64,000 nucleotides of DNA from the NCBI RefSeq assembly GCF_963921235.1, contig NC_086097.1, forward strand, positions 3,286,001-3,350,000, in the 5' to 3' direction. The notes below the pieces were generated by a model. That model saw only the letters and a list, made by a program, of their open reading frames with translations. It was not told where the DNA came from and did not search any database. The stretch comes from Mobula hypostoma. Lineage: Eukaryota. Below are positions 13,106-25,595 of the stretch, piece by piece. The first letter of the stretch is position 1, and every line of letters starts with the position of its first letter. The position numbers were made by a program, and so were the translations under genes.

Positions 13106-13944
13106 AATCTGTTCTGTCACATCCTCAAAAAATTCAATCAGGCTCGTAAGGCACGACTAATCCTAATCATATTATGCCTCTCCAAATGTTCATAAATCCT
13201 GCCTCTCAGGATCTTCTCCATCAATTTACCAACCACTGAGGTAAGACTCACTGGTCTATAATTTCCTGGGCTATCTCTACTCCCTTTCTTGAATAAAGGA
13301 ACAACATCCACAACCCTCCAATCCTCTGTAACCTTTCCCGTCCCCATTAAAGATCATTCCCAGAGGCTCAGCAATCTCCTCCCTCGCTTCCCACAGTAGC
13401 CTGAGGTACATCTCGTTCGGTCCCAGTGACTTATCCAACTTGATGCTTTCCAAAAGCTCTGGCATATCCTCTTTCTTAATATCCATATGCTCAAGCTTTT
13501 CAATCCACTGTAAGTCAGCCCCACAATCGCCAAGATCCTTTTCTATGGTGAATACTGAAGCAAAGTATTCATTGAGTACCTTTGCTATCTCCTCCGGTTC
13601 CATAGACACTTTTCCACTGTCACACTTAATTGGTCCTATTCTCTCATGTCTTATCCTCTTGCTCTTCACATATTTGTCGAATGCCTTGGGGTTTTCTTTA
13701 ATCCTACTCACCCAGGCCCCTTCTGGCTCACTTAATTTCATTCTTAAGCTACTTCCTGCTAGCCTTATAATCTTCTAGATCTCTATCATTACCTAGTTTT
13801 TTGAACCTTTCGTAAGCTTTTTTGTACACCACAGTTCCTGTACCCTACCATCCTTTCCCTGTCTCATTGGAATGTACCTATGCAGAATGCCACGCAAATA
13901 TCCCCTGAACATTTGCTACATTTCTGCTGTACATTTCCCTGAGA

Positions 13945-14482
13945 ACAACAGGAATTCTGCAGATGCTGGAAACTCAAGCAACATACATCAAAGTTGCTGG
14001 TGAACGCAGCAGGCCAAGCAGCATCTATAGGAAGAGGCGCAGTCGACGTTTCAGGCCGAGACCCTTCGTCAGGACTAACTGAAGGAAGAGTGAGTAAGGG
14101 ATTTGAAAGCTGGAGGGGGAGGGGGAGATGCAAAATGATAGGAGAAGACAGGAGGGGGAGGGATAGAGCCGAGAGCTGGACAGGTGATAGGCAAAAGGGG
14201 ATACGAGAGGATCATGGGACAGGAGGCCTAGGGAGAAAGACGGGGGGGGGGGTGACCCAGAGGATGGGCAAGAGGTATATTCAGAGGGACAGAGGGAGAA
14301 AAAGGAGAGTGAGAGAAAGAATGTGTGCATAAAAAGGAGTAACAGCTGGGGTACGAGGGGGAGGTGGGGCCTAGCGGAAGTTAGAGAAGTCAATGTTCAT
14401 GCCATCAGGTTGGAGGCTACCCAGACGGAATATAAGGTGTTGTTCCTCCAACCTGAGTGTGGCTTCATCTTTACAGTAGAGT
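13945..14482 (-). mobile_element. Penelope-like element 3' fragment
   Basis: Minus strand encodes LYCKDEATLRLEEQHLIFRLGSLQPDGMNIDFSNFR* (GIY-YIG C-terminus), then pyrimidine tract and hammerhead motif. Confidence 0.88.
14041..14076 (-). ncRNA. Minimal type I hammerhead ribozyme motif
   Basis: AGUC-CUGACGA-A-GGGUCUCGGCCU-GAAAC-GUC-GACU: intact core, stem I AGUC/GACU, short stem II, loopless palindromic stem III. Confidence 0.75.
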
Positions 14483-14966
14483 AATCTGTTTCCAGTTTAT
14501 GCTTCCAAGTTCCTACCTGATAGCCTCATATTTCCCCTTACTCCAATTAAACACTTTCCTAACTTGTCTGTTCCTGTCCCTTTCCAATGCTATGGTAAAG
14601 GAGATAGAATTGTGATCACTATCTCCAAAATGCTCTCCCACTGAGAGACCCGACAACTGACCAGGTTCAGTTCCCAATACCAGATCAAGTACAACCTCTC
14701 CTCTTGTAGGCTTATCTACATATTGTGTCAAGAAACCTTCCTGAACACACCTAACAAACTCCACCCCATCTAAACCCCTTGCTCTAGGGAGATACCAATC
14801 AATATGTGGGAAATTAAAATCTCCCACCACGACAACTCTGTTATTATTACACCTTTCCAGAATCTGTCTCCCTATCTGCTCCTCGATGTCCTTGTTACTA
14901 TTGGGTAGTATACAAAAAACACCAAGTAGAGTTATTGACTCCTTCCTGTTTCTAACTTTCACCCAC

Positions 14967-15455
14967 TGTCATGGTCCGGTCCGTGAAGTCCGCATTCTGG
15001 TTCACGGTCCGGTCCATCGATCCTTGTTCCGGGTTTTCCTGTTTTCTGCCTTGTTCTGTTGGGTGCCTTAATTGAGGCACCTGATTCTCATTTTGGTCTG
15101 GCACATAAATACCTCTGCAAACCAATGATTGTTTGCTGGCCTGTTCCCTTCCCCTCCCCATCTGAATCCCTGGCAGTTACTTTGGCAGTTTATCTCAACA
15201 GTTATTTCGGCACTATCCTTCATCTGTTACCTTCACCTGCTACCTCACCTGCAACCTCGCCTGTGTCCTTGCCTGTATCCCCGTCAAGTTGAACCGCTGG
15301 AGTGAGATTGGAGCCTCGCCATGTCAAGATAAGAAACTATCTATTGTTGAGTTTGGAACTGTCTCTTTGTGTCCCCGTGTTTTGTGTCCGTGTCAAGAAG
15401 ATTCCCGGCCCTGGGTCCTGTTCCCAAGGAGGGGTCCTGGCTTTGTGTTTTTCTC
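14967..15455 (+). mobile_element. LTR fragment
   Basis: Starts tgtcatggtcc like the solo LTR at 20670-21144; TATA-like cataaata. Confidence 0.6.
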
Positions 15456-15780
15456 TGTCACCTGCCTATCCTCCCTCTCACACTGTCTCCAAGCTTTCTT
15501 TATTTGTCAGCCAACGGCCCCTTATTCCGTCACTTCAGTTCAGTTCCCACCCCCCAGCAATCCTAGTTTAAACTCTCCCCAATAGCCTTAGCAAACCTCC
15601 CTGACAGGATATTGGTCCCCCTCGGATTCAAGTGCAATCTGTCCTTCTTGTACAGGTCACACCTGCCCCAAAAGAGGCTCCAATGATCCAGAAATCTGAA
15701 TCCTGTTATAGAACAAAAATGTTGATTGTCTTTTAAGACATTACATTCAAACCAAACTGATTTTTAGCGTCCCATATTCA

Positions 15781-18589
15781 GTGGTTGTCTCTCAGGGTCC
15801 GAGGAAGACTGATCATTGTGCAGTCATCTGTGAATACGCATGTGGTTTTGGAGGCCGAAGGTCGAAGCACACATGTGGTTGCAGGTTGGACATGGAATGG
15901 CGGTTGTTAGAACAGGTGCATACACAGCTTTGTGGCATCGGTCTCATGCTGCTGCAAGGCGCTGATTTCAGTCATCCTCAAAGTCAGATGCAGCTTTTCT
16001 GGTCAGGGCGCACCACGCAGCCCTGTCGGCTATGGACTCCTCAAGTTGTTGAGGCTGGAGGTCTGCCCATTTGATGTACAATTTCAGATTGTCTTTGAAT
16101 CTTTTTTTGGGGCGGCCCTGATTGCGACTGCCGTACTCAAGCTCACCGTAGAGCAGCTGCCTGCGGATTGTTGTTTCACTCATGCCGATTACATGGTCAG
16201 TCCAGCGTAGCTGGGCCTGGAGGATCCTTACCTCAGTGCTTGTGCTGTTGGCTCTGTCAAGGACTTCCTGGTTGGTGATTCGGTCCTGCCATCGAATCCT
16301 CATGATCGACCGCAGAGAGCGCATGTGAAACTGCTCCAGCTGTTTGATGTGCCTGCGGTACAGGGTCCAGGTTTCACAGCCATACAGGAGAGAGGTGAGG
16401 ACCACAGCCTTGTACACCTTGAGCTTGGTTCAAAGCTGAATGTCCTTGTGCTCCAGAACTTTGACACGGAGTTTCCCGAGTGCCTGGCTAGCTTTCTGGA
16501 TCCTTGCTATGATCGCTTTGTCAAGGGATCCATCACTAGAGATGGTGCTTTCTAGATACTTGAAGCTCTCCACGTTCTTCAGGACAGTGCCATCGATGGT
16601 GATGTATGGTTGAGGAGGGTGACTGTTTGGTGCAGGTTGTAGGAGAACTTCTGTCTTACCGAGGCTGATTGTCAGGCCGAACAGCTTTGAGGCTGCAGAG
16701 AACTTCTCGACAATGGTCTGCAGGTGGTTCTCCTGGCGGGCTATGAGGGCACAGTCATCAGCAAACAGGGCTTCAGTGATGAGCCTCCTCAACGTTTTGG
16801 TCTTTGCTGCAAGGCGTCTCAGGTCAAACATCGATCCTTCTGGGCGATATCTTATGTAAATACCCAGGTCTAGGTCCTTAACAGCATGCTTCAGCATTTG
16901 GGTGAAGAAGAGGTTGAAGAGCACTGATGCTAGAACGCATCCTTGCTTCACGCCATTTAAGATGTTGTAAGTTTCTGAGAACACTTCTCCCGTCATGCCA
17001 TCGTGGAGCAGGCGGATGAGTGTAGTGAGTATCTGCGGGCAGCCAAGCTTTCTAAGGATGATCCACAGTGCGTTTCTGTTGACTGTGTCAAACACCTTCA
17101 TCAGATCAATGAAGACAGAGTATAATGTCATGTTCTGTTCCAGGCACTTCTCCTGTATCTGTCTCACTGCGAAGATCATGTCGACAGTGCTGCGTTCGGG
17201 ACGAAAGCCACATTGTGACTCGGGAAGGTTCGCTTCTGACACTGTTGGAATCAGTCTGTTGAGGATGATGTGGGCGAGGATTTTTCCGGCGATGGAAAGT
17301 AGTGAGATGCCTCTGTAGCTCCCGCAGTTGGTCCTTGAACCTTTATTTTTGTAGAGGGCAATTATCGTTGCGTCTCTAAGGTCAGGGGCATCTCACCTTC
17401 TTCCCAAATGCTAGTCAGGGTGCTGTGGAAAGCCTCAAGTGATCCCTTGCTGGGTGCCTTGTACAATTCAGCAGGTATTCCATCCTTGCCGGGCTCCTTG
17501 CCACTGCTCATCTGCGTGATAGCCTTCTTGACTTCATCTATTGAGGGAGGATCATCTAGTTCCTCGTGAATAGGCTGTTGGAGGATTTGGTCCAGAGCAG
17601 ACTGGTCGACCGATGAAGGGTGGTTCAGGAGCTGGCTGAAATGCCCTTTCCATCTGTGTTGGATGCTCTCTTTGTCCTTTAGCAATGTGGTTCCATCAGC
17701 GGACAACAGTAGAGATGAGCCAGTTCTTGAGGGGCCGAAGATCATCTTGATGGAGTTGAAGAGCAGCTTTGAGTTGTTGATGTTGGTGAAGCGTTGCACC
17801 TCTTCAGCTTTCCTATCCCACCACAGGTCGTGCATCTTGCGAATTTCCTGTTGGGCATGGGCCTGAAGGGACTTGAACTGCTCTTTTTTGGGAATGGAGC
17901 TTGGGTCGTTTTGCCACTCCGTGAATGCTTTGTTCTTCCTGCCCAGGAGATCTTTGATGGCACTTTCATTCTCGTTGAACCAATCTTGGTGGTTCCGGTC
18001 CTTGGGGCTGAGGACTGATTTTGCTGTCTCTGTCACCATCTCTCTAAACTGATTCCACTTCTGGGTTGGCCCACCAGTTAGTGGTCCATTGGAAGACAGC
18101 TTCTCATCAAGGGTGGTCTGGAACTTGCGAAGATACGGCGGCTTTTGGAGTCTGGCGGTGTTAAAAGCTGTTGTGATGAACTTAGGGTGCTTGAGATGGT
18201 GGGGAGCAATACGTAGCCTCAGTGTGGTGTGGACAAGCCTGTGGTCAGTCCAGCACTCCGCTCCTCACATGGTTGTGGTGATGAGGACATCCCAGATGTC
18301 TCGGCGACGTACTATAACATAGTTGATCATGTGCCAATGTTTGGATCTTGGGTGCATCCATGTTGTCTTGTACTTGTTTGCCAGCCTGAACACTGTGTTT
18401 GTGATGAGGAGGTCATATTCTGCACGTTTGCTATGGAGCAAGAGGCCATTGCTGTTCATATTGCCAATACCATGTTTGCCTAGAAGCCCTTCCCAGCGAC
18501 TGTGATCGCAGCTTACTCGGGCCTTGAAGTCACCGAGCAGGATTAGTCTGTCATTGGCAGGGACTGAGCACAGAACAGACCTAAGGTTG
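15781..18589 (-). mobile_element. RTE-clade LINE, 5'-truncated, decayed
   Basis: TWMHPRSKHWHMINY, ESQCGFRPERSTVDMIF, GVKQGCVLA, LFADDCAL, C-terminal CPTC..HMRIH; 49-bp flanking duplication. Confidence 0.93.
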
Positions 18590-18809
18590 TTTAAGACATT
18601 ACATTCGAACTAAACTAATTTTTAGTGTGCCATATTCAAATAAAGGTCAAACAGATATATTTCATAATGTAGCATATGATAGTTTGGTTAAAAATGCTAG
18701 TACACAGATTTTGTAGGCTTGGATTTTTAAACTGAATTTATGAACTTAGCAGAAACCTGTCTCTGGATATATGAGTGCATGCTTATTCTGGCCAAAGTGA
18801 CACTGGAAC

Positions 18810-19935
18810 AAAATGTGTTCATTGTGGACTTCAGGAAAGGGAGGGAACACACATTAGTCCTTGCTGAAAGATCAGCAGTGGAAGGGGTGAGCAGTTTCAA
18901 GTTCCTGGGTATCAACATCTCTGAAGATGTTTCCTGGGCCCAACATATCGATGCAGTTACAAAGAAGGCACGACAGTGGCTGTATTTCATTGGCAGTTTG
19001 AGGCGGGAGGAGAGAGAGCAGCGCACCGCGCGTGCGCAGCCCTCCGGTGAAAAATGATGTCGCATCCGTTAAATAGGGGCCGTGGACAATTCTGATTTGA
19101 TGGAGACGGACGTGAAAGCACAGAGGAACATCTGGAAAAATTTCTGAAATGCTCTTTCGCTGCTGTCGTTACTGTGTGGTCGGGAATCTTTCGGAGGGAA
19201 GGCCTCAAAATCCTTGGCTTTGCTGTTGGTGACGGAGATGGAGGTCAAATCGTTCGGATAGAGATGGCGCTCAGTACTCGGTGTCGGAGAGCTGATCAGA
19301 GCTTGAAGTTTACGGATGACTCAGAGTCGGACCGTGGTCGGGCATGGCAGGGAGGGTTTTCCTTCCTTCTCCCGTCTGCGCGAGATGTGGGACATTTGAG
19401 AGACTTTGAACTTTTACTGGGCTCATGGACTTCTTCATCAAGTTATGGTATTGTTGCACTGTTGTAACTATATGTTATAAGTATGTGGTTTTTTTCAGTT
19501 TTTTCAGTCTTGGTCTGCCCTGTGTTTTGTGATATCACACCAGAGGAAATATTGTATCATTTCTTAATGCATGCATTACTAAATGACAATAAAAGAGGAC
19601 TGTGTGTCCTCATAATCTAAATTTCTGAAGACTCTCGCAAATTCCTACAGATGTACCATGGGGATCATTCTAACTGGGCGCATCACTGTATGGTATCGGT
19701 GCTGTTGCCCAGGATCAGAAAAAGCTGCAGAAAGTTGTAAACTCAACCAGCTCCATCATAGGCAGCAGCCTGGCCAGCCTCAAGGACACCTTCAGAAGGT
19801 GATGCCTCAAAAAGGCAGCATTCATCATTAATGACCCTATCAGCAAAGGCACGCCCTCTTCTCATGGCTACCATCAAGGAGGAGGTACAGGAGTCTGAAG
19901 ACACACACTCAGTAATTCAGGAACATCTTCAGAAT
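18810..19935 (+). mobile_element. Rex1 LINE fragment split by an insertion
   Basis: IVDFRKG..FKFLGINISEDVSWAQH; resumes at about 19625. Confidence 0.85.
19004..19622 (+). mobile_element. Non-coding CpG-rich retroposon with hairpin/(aatct)n tail
   Basis: Interrupts Rex1; 3' end shared with 45548-46012 (-). Confidence 0.6.
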
Positions 19936-20669
19936 CAGGTTTTATCTTGTATTGCATTGTACTGTTGCCACAGAACAACAAATTTCACGCCATGCCAGTG
20001 AAATTAAGCCTGATTGTGACTCTGAACCTTCAGCAAACCTTTACCCAGCTATTCCACAACTACTGGCTACATCGCCATGTTTATCCTGTGAAGTTACGAT
20101 TTTAATAGTCACCTCTCTACACAGTGCAGTTGTTTGTTGTGAAAGACACAGGATTAATAGTCTGTCAGCAGAACCTGGATAGGTCAACTGTGTAGGCAGC
20201 TTTACAGGATAATGCGCTCAGAATCTGCATAACAAATTCTCATCAAATTGACAGTGTAGGCAAGAGAGAGGAGGAAAAAAAAGTGGCGAAAGAGTGTAGG
20301 AGCCGTGCATCTGTTCTCAGTTTGCTTGCTAGTCTGTGTTGTGCATTTATTATAGTAACTACTCACATGAGTGGGGGTGTTGTTAAACAAAGGGACTAAA
20401 TTCGTATTCTTGCTTTTTATCAGGACAGTTTGTAGCTTGGGGCCGGCGGAGGTCATATATTAGCCAACCGCCGAGATAACGCTAAATATTGCTTCAAGAT
20501 TGTATGTTTACTAATAAAGGGTTCGACTCTTCGGAGCAATTATTTCATTGGAGCTGAGGGTGTGTTGTGCAAGTGTAGCAACCCTGTGGCGGTCGCAGGT
20601 TAGCGGCATTTGTTTTGAATTTTGGATTAGCTATTGCTGCTACAGACAGTTTGAGAGAACTGATCACGT

Positions 20670-21144
20670 TGTTACAACGAACGAGGTGGACACAAATGCA
20701 AGACACAGGCACGGAGATTGAGATAGGATGCAGACATGGGCGTGAGTGATGAATGGCAAACAGGAGGGAGTGCAGGAAAGCAGGAGGCAGGCAGAACTTA
20801 TCTTGACACAGAGCGTAGAAAGGAAAGCGGCAAACAAAACTTTTCTTAGCACAGAGAGACGGACTTACACAGGTAAACCTCAGCACTGAAGTAAAACTTA
20901 GAAAACTTATCTTGACACGGAGAGACTGAGTTTTACAAATAAATCTCGGTACTGAAGCAAAACTTAGGACACACAATCCTAAGTGGCCGGGAAACATTAA
21001 TTACCACACTGGCAAGACCAACAATCTGGCAACTAGTGGGTGCAAAGCCGGGGTTCTTATGCTGCAGGTCTTGATGAAAACCAGGTGTGTCATTGAAAAA
21101 GGGAATTAGGAGAAAATGGGGAATTAACAGTCGGGACCATGACA
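20670..21144 (-). mobile_element. Solo LTR
   Basis: TG...CA termini with 5-bp TSD cacgt (20665-20669, 21145-21149). Confidence 0.85.
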
Positions 21145-21261
21145 CACGTCTCATGACTGGAAACTCTAAAATAAATGAAAACTGGTCTTACCATTCAGGT
21201 GGTTTAAGACATTTCAAAAAAGACAGCAAGAAGGAGGATATTACTTTAAGGTAATGAGATA

Positions 21262-21856
21262 ACGAGGCCCCTCCGTTGCTCGTGGTGCATCATAGGTGTT
21301 GTGTCCCAGCTGTTTAGGTGAAGCGCAGGCTCCAGGGTCCAGGGCAGTTCGATATGGAGAGCAAGCTGTTGCTGCTACAAGCAGTCTCCCTTTCTCCACA
21401 CAGTTGATGAATCCAAAGGAACGGCAGAGGCTGATGCTGTTGGGCCCCTGCGGCATCGCAGCAATTCAGCGCTGACCTCAATGTAGTCCTTGGGGATTCC
21501 AGCTCCAGAATTTTCCTTCATGGTTTACTCCCAAAGCCTTCCCCATGAGTGGGTATAACCGCAAGGGAGTGAAGGTTTAAGATCGGAGTTTTCCTTCTCC
21601 TTGATGAGCTGCCAACCAAGGCTGATGAGCCCAGTCTGCCCAAAACGATTGGTTTTAAGGTGCCAGTAATCCACCTTTGCCCCTTCTCCTGTCAGTAGAA
21701 ATGGTTCTGCTGGGCTTAGTAGCTAAGTCACATGTGAAGGCCAGGAGCTGGACTTGGTTATTTGAGACGCGCGCCATTGGGAGTATTTAATAGGTAGTGG
21801 GAGGTTGTCCCATTGCCATCCCACCTCTCCCCCCACTATAACAATCTTAAAGGACC
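21262..21856 (-). mobile_element. Probable non-autonomous RTE-related element
   Basis: ttttccttctccttgatgagctgccaaccaaggctgatgagccc resembles RTE 5'UTR motifs; no ORF. Confidence 0.45.
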
Positions 21857-21882
21857 GATTTTAAGGTGATCACTTAATTACG

Positions 21883-22410
21883 TAGAAACATAGAGAACCT
21901 ACAGCACAATACAGGCCCTTCAGCCCACAAAGTTGTGCCGAACATGTCCCTACCTTAGAACTACCTAGGCTTTACCCATAGCCCTCTATTTTTCTAAGCT
22001 CCATGTACCTATCCTGGAGTCTCTTAAAATACCTTATCGTATCTGCCTCCACCACCGTCGCCGGTAGCCCATTCCACGCAGTCATCACTCTCTGCGTAAA
22101 AAAAACTTACCCCTGATATCTCCTCTGTACCTGCTTCCAAGCACCTTAAAACTATGCCCTCTCGTGTTAGTCATTTCAGTCCTGGGAAATAGCCTCTGAC
22201 TATCCACACAATCAATGCCTCTCACCATCTTGTACTCCTCTATCAGGTCACCTCTCACCCTCTATCACTCCGAGGAGAAAAGGCCAAGTTCACTCAACCT
22301 GTTTTCATAAGGCATGCTCCCAATCCAGGCGACATCCTTGTAAATCTCCTCTGCACCCTTTCTATGGTTTCCACATCCTTCCTGTAGTGAGGCGACCAGA
22401 ATTGAGCAGA
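21883..22410 (-). mobile_element. CR1 3' fragment
   Basis: Same family as 5486-5860, reverse orientation. Confidence 0.88.
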
Positions 22411-22414
22411 GTTG

Positions 22415-23130
22415 GAAAAACACTGCGTCTGTACAGATCTAAACTATTGGCTACAGAGCTTGATAGGGTTGTTAAGAAGGCAGACGGTATGCTTGACTTT
22501 ATTAGTTAAGACATTGAGTTCAAAAGTCAGGAAGTTATGTTGCAGCTTTATAAAACTCTACTTGGGCCACATCTGGAGTACTGCATATAGTTCTGGTTGC
22601 CCCTTTTATAAGAATGGTGTTAAGACTTTGGAGAGGGTGAAGAAGGGGTTGACCAGGATGCTGCCTGGGTTAGAGGACATGTGCTACAATAAGTGATTGA
22701 ACAAAGTTGGGTTCTTTTCTCTGGAATGGCAGAGGTTGAAGGGATATCTGATAGAGGTTTATAAGATAATGAGAGACATAAATAGAGGAGACAGACAGTA
22801 TCTTTTCCTAGGGTTCAAATGTCATACAGAGTTAAACAGGCATGCATTTATGGTGAGATGGGTTAATTTCAAAGGAGACGTGAGGAGCAAGTATTTTTAC
22901 ACCGAGTGGTGGATGCCTGGGACGTGCTGCCTGGGATGGTGGTAGAGGCAGGGACTTTTAAGAGACATTTAGATGGATACATGAATGTGAGGAAAATGGA
23001 GGGATGTGAACATTGTGTAGACAGGAGGGATTAGTTTAATTGTCCATTTGATTCCTAACTTAATTGGTTTGGTACAACATTATGGGCTGAATGGCCTGTT
23101 CCTGTTCTACATTCTTTGTCCTATGTTCTG
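22415..23130 (+). mobile_element. CR1 3' fragment, old
   Basis: LERVKKGLTRMLPGL, FSLEWQRLKGYLIEVYKIM, CR1 tail. Confidence 0.85.
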
Positions 23131-23699
23131 TTGAAGAAGAACGCGCTTTGGACTTCATTACACAAAGTAAGTAGTGTACTTACTACAAATGTGATCCTTC
23201 AGTACTAAGATTGAACTCCATAATACCATTTCTTCTCTGTGCCTTTACTCTTTGTTACGTGATCATACCCACGTTTGTTAAACAGCACCACTTTGCCTCA
23301 TCGAACCACGTGGTAGAGGCCATGGATTTGGATGCCGTTGGTGTTCTGATTCACAAATCAATGCCGATTTCTATGTTAATTAGTTTTACAATCAACAAAG
23401 TGCTCACATTGTTCCTGCTTTCTGTTGCTATTTCCTTCCCTGATAGTAAAGCTGATGAACTCCTCCACCCACTAACCCACCTCTCCACACCCACAACCAC
23501 CTCTACGTTATCATTTTGTTAGTCACCTTATGTACGGACACTCCAGTGCCTAGCATCATTTTATCGACTTACAATCAATGTGTATAAGCTATCTTACGTA
23601 TTTATATTTATTGTATTTAAAATTATGTTCTTTGTCTTATTGTATTTTTTTGTGCTGCATCGGATGTGAGGTAACTATTATTTTGTTGCCCTTTACACT

Positions 23700-24105
23700 T
23701 GTGTATGCTGCCATCGGGAGGAAGGTACAGGAGCTTTGGAAGCACACCGCCAGATTCAGGAACAGTTATTACCCCTCTTGAACCAAAGGGGACAACTTCA
23801 CTCAACTTCACTCACCCCATCACTGAATTGTGCCCACAGCCTATGGACTCACTTTCAAGGTCTCTTCATCATAAGTTCTTGTCATTTATTTATTTATTAT
23901 TATTATTTTGGTTTTTTTGTACTAAATTTGCACAGTTTGTTGTCCTTTGCACATTGTTTGTTTGTCTGCCCTGTTGGCGTGGTCTTTCATCGATTCTATT
24001 ATGGTTATTAGATTTATTGAGTATGCCTGCAAGAAAATAAATCTCAGGGTTGTATATGGTGACAATACCATTTAAATTTGATAATAAATTTACTTTGAAC
24101 TTTGA
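23700..24105 (+). mobile_element. Rex1-like 3' end nested in another Rex UTR
   Basis: LPSGGRYRS, RFRNSYYP, tail aataaatttactttgaactttgaa. Confidence 0.75.
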
Positions 24106-24349
24106 ACAGTAATTTAGTTCTCATTTACACATGTGTACTGGAAACAACATTAAACAATCTTGATCTGATGAAATATTCTAAAGTCAATAAATCAGTGCCA
24201 CCGAAGATTCACACCTAGGTTCTGGCTGTTACCTTTGCTCTGAGCTCTACAGATCTTCCCCAGGTTGTGATGCCTGACCAACATAAAACTGTCCACACAT
24301 ACAGTCGAGCATTTGGGAGACTGGCGGCATTGATTTCCAAGCTGCTGTA

Positions 24350-25305
24350 GGACCATAAGACCATAAGATATAGGAGCAGAATTAAGCTATTTGGTCCATG
24401 AAGTCTGCTCCGCTATTCCTTCGCAGCAAATTTATTATCCCTCTCCATCCCAGTCTCCTGCCTTCTCCCCGTAACCTTTGAAGCCCTGACTAATCAAGAA
24501 CCTATCAACCTCTGCTTTAAGGATACCCAATGACCAATGACTTGGCCTCCACAGCTATCTGTGGCAACAAATTCCACAGATTTACTTCACTCTGCTTAAA
24601 TGACTTCCTCCTCATCTCTGTTCTACAGGGATATCTTTGTATTCTGAGGCTGAACCTTCTGGTCCTAGACTCCCTCACGATAGGAAACATCCTATCCACA
24701 TCCACAGGCTTTTCAATATTCAATAGGTTTCAATGAGATCCCCTTCATCCCCAATGCTCTAAACATCTTTTATATATGCTTCGAGGCAAGCAACAGAATA
24801 CCAGGCCTCAACGCTACCTCTCTTCCAAGTGAGCAGACGCTTTCTGTAACAGCAGCAGACGTAGAATCGTAGAAGCATACAGCACAGAAACAGGCTTTTT
24901 GGCCTACCTAGTTCATGCCGAGCCATTTAAATTGACTATTCCCACCGACATGCTCCAGGGCCATAGCCCTCCATATCTGTCCCATCCATGTACCTATCCA
25001 AACTTCTCTTAAACGTTGAAATTGAGCTTGCATGCACCATTTGTGCTGGCAGCTCGTTTCACACTCTCAGAACCCTCTGAATGAAGAAATTTTCCCTCAC
25101 GTTTCCCTCAAACTTTTCATCTTTCACCCTTAACCCATGATTTTTGGTTGTAGCCCCACCCAACCTCAGTGGAAAAAGCCTGCTTGCATTTACCTATCTA
25201 TACCCCTCATAAATTTTGTATACCTTTAACTAATCTCCTCTCAGTCTACTATGTTCCAAGTAATAAAGTCCTAACCTATTCAATCTTTTCTTACAACTCA
25301 GGTCC
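24350..25305 (-). mobile_element. Two CR1 3' fragments (24350-24750, 24865-25305)
   Basis: Reverse-complement CR1 tails and ORF 24517-24723. Confidence 0.82.
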
Positions 25306-25595
25306 TCCAGAGCTGGCAACCTCTGAAGAGAGTTAACTCCTGTAAGGTATCCAGGCCAGATGAGATCCCAGGCCGTGTACTCAGGGAATGTGCACACCAC
25401 TTCACTGATGTTTTCACGGACAGCTTCAGTATCTCACTGATCCAGGCTGCCGTCCCTACATGTTTCAAATCAGCCACCATCATCCCTGTCCCAAACTCTG
25501 CACCTTCACAACCGCCCAGTGGCACTAATGCCAATCACCATGAAGTGCTTTGATCAGCTGATTATGGCACATACAAACCTCCATTCCTTCCACAT
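25306..25595 (+). mobile_element. Rex1 RT N-terminal fragment
   Basis: PDEIPGRVLRECA, CFKSATIIPVPK, PVALMPITMKCFDQL. Confidence 0.8.

Larger units (their letters stand above)
12757..15705 (-). mobile_element. Fragmented CR1 LINE (ORF1 end, endonuclease, RT start) with nested inserts
   Basis: ORFs 13138-13347, 13277-13741, 14513-14962 (VVGDFNFPHIDW, SDHNSI). Confidence 0.88.

Noticed and set aside
21640..21800. HDV-like ribozyme in the RTE-related element
   Set aside because: Hairpins are visible, but I could not assemble a convincing P1-P4 nested double pseudoknot by eye
23211..23522. 103-aa hydrophobic ORF
   Set aside because: No recognisable family; its 3' end runs into a Rex-type UTR
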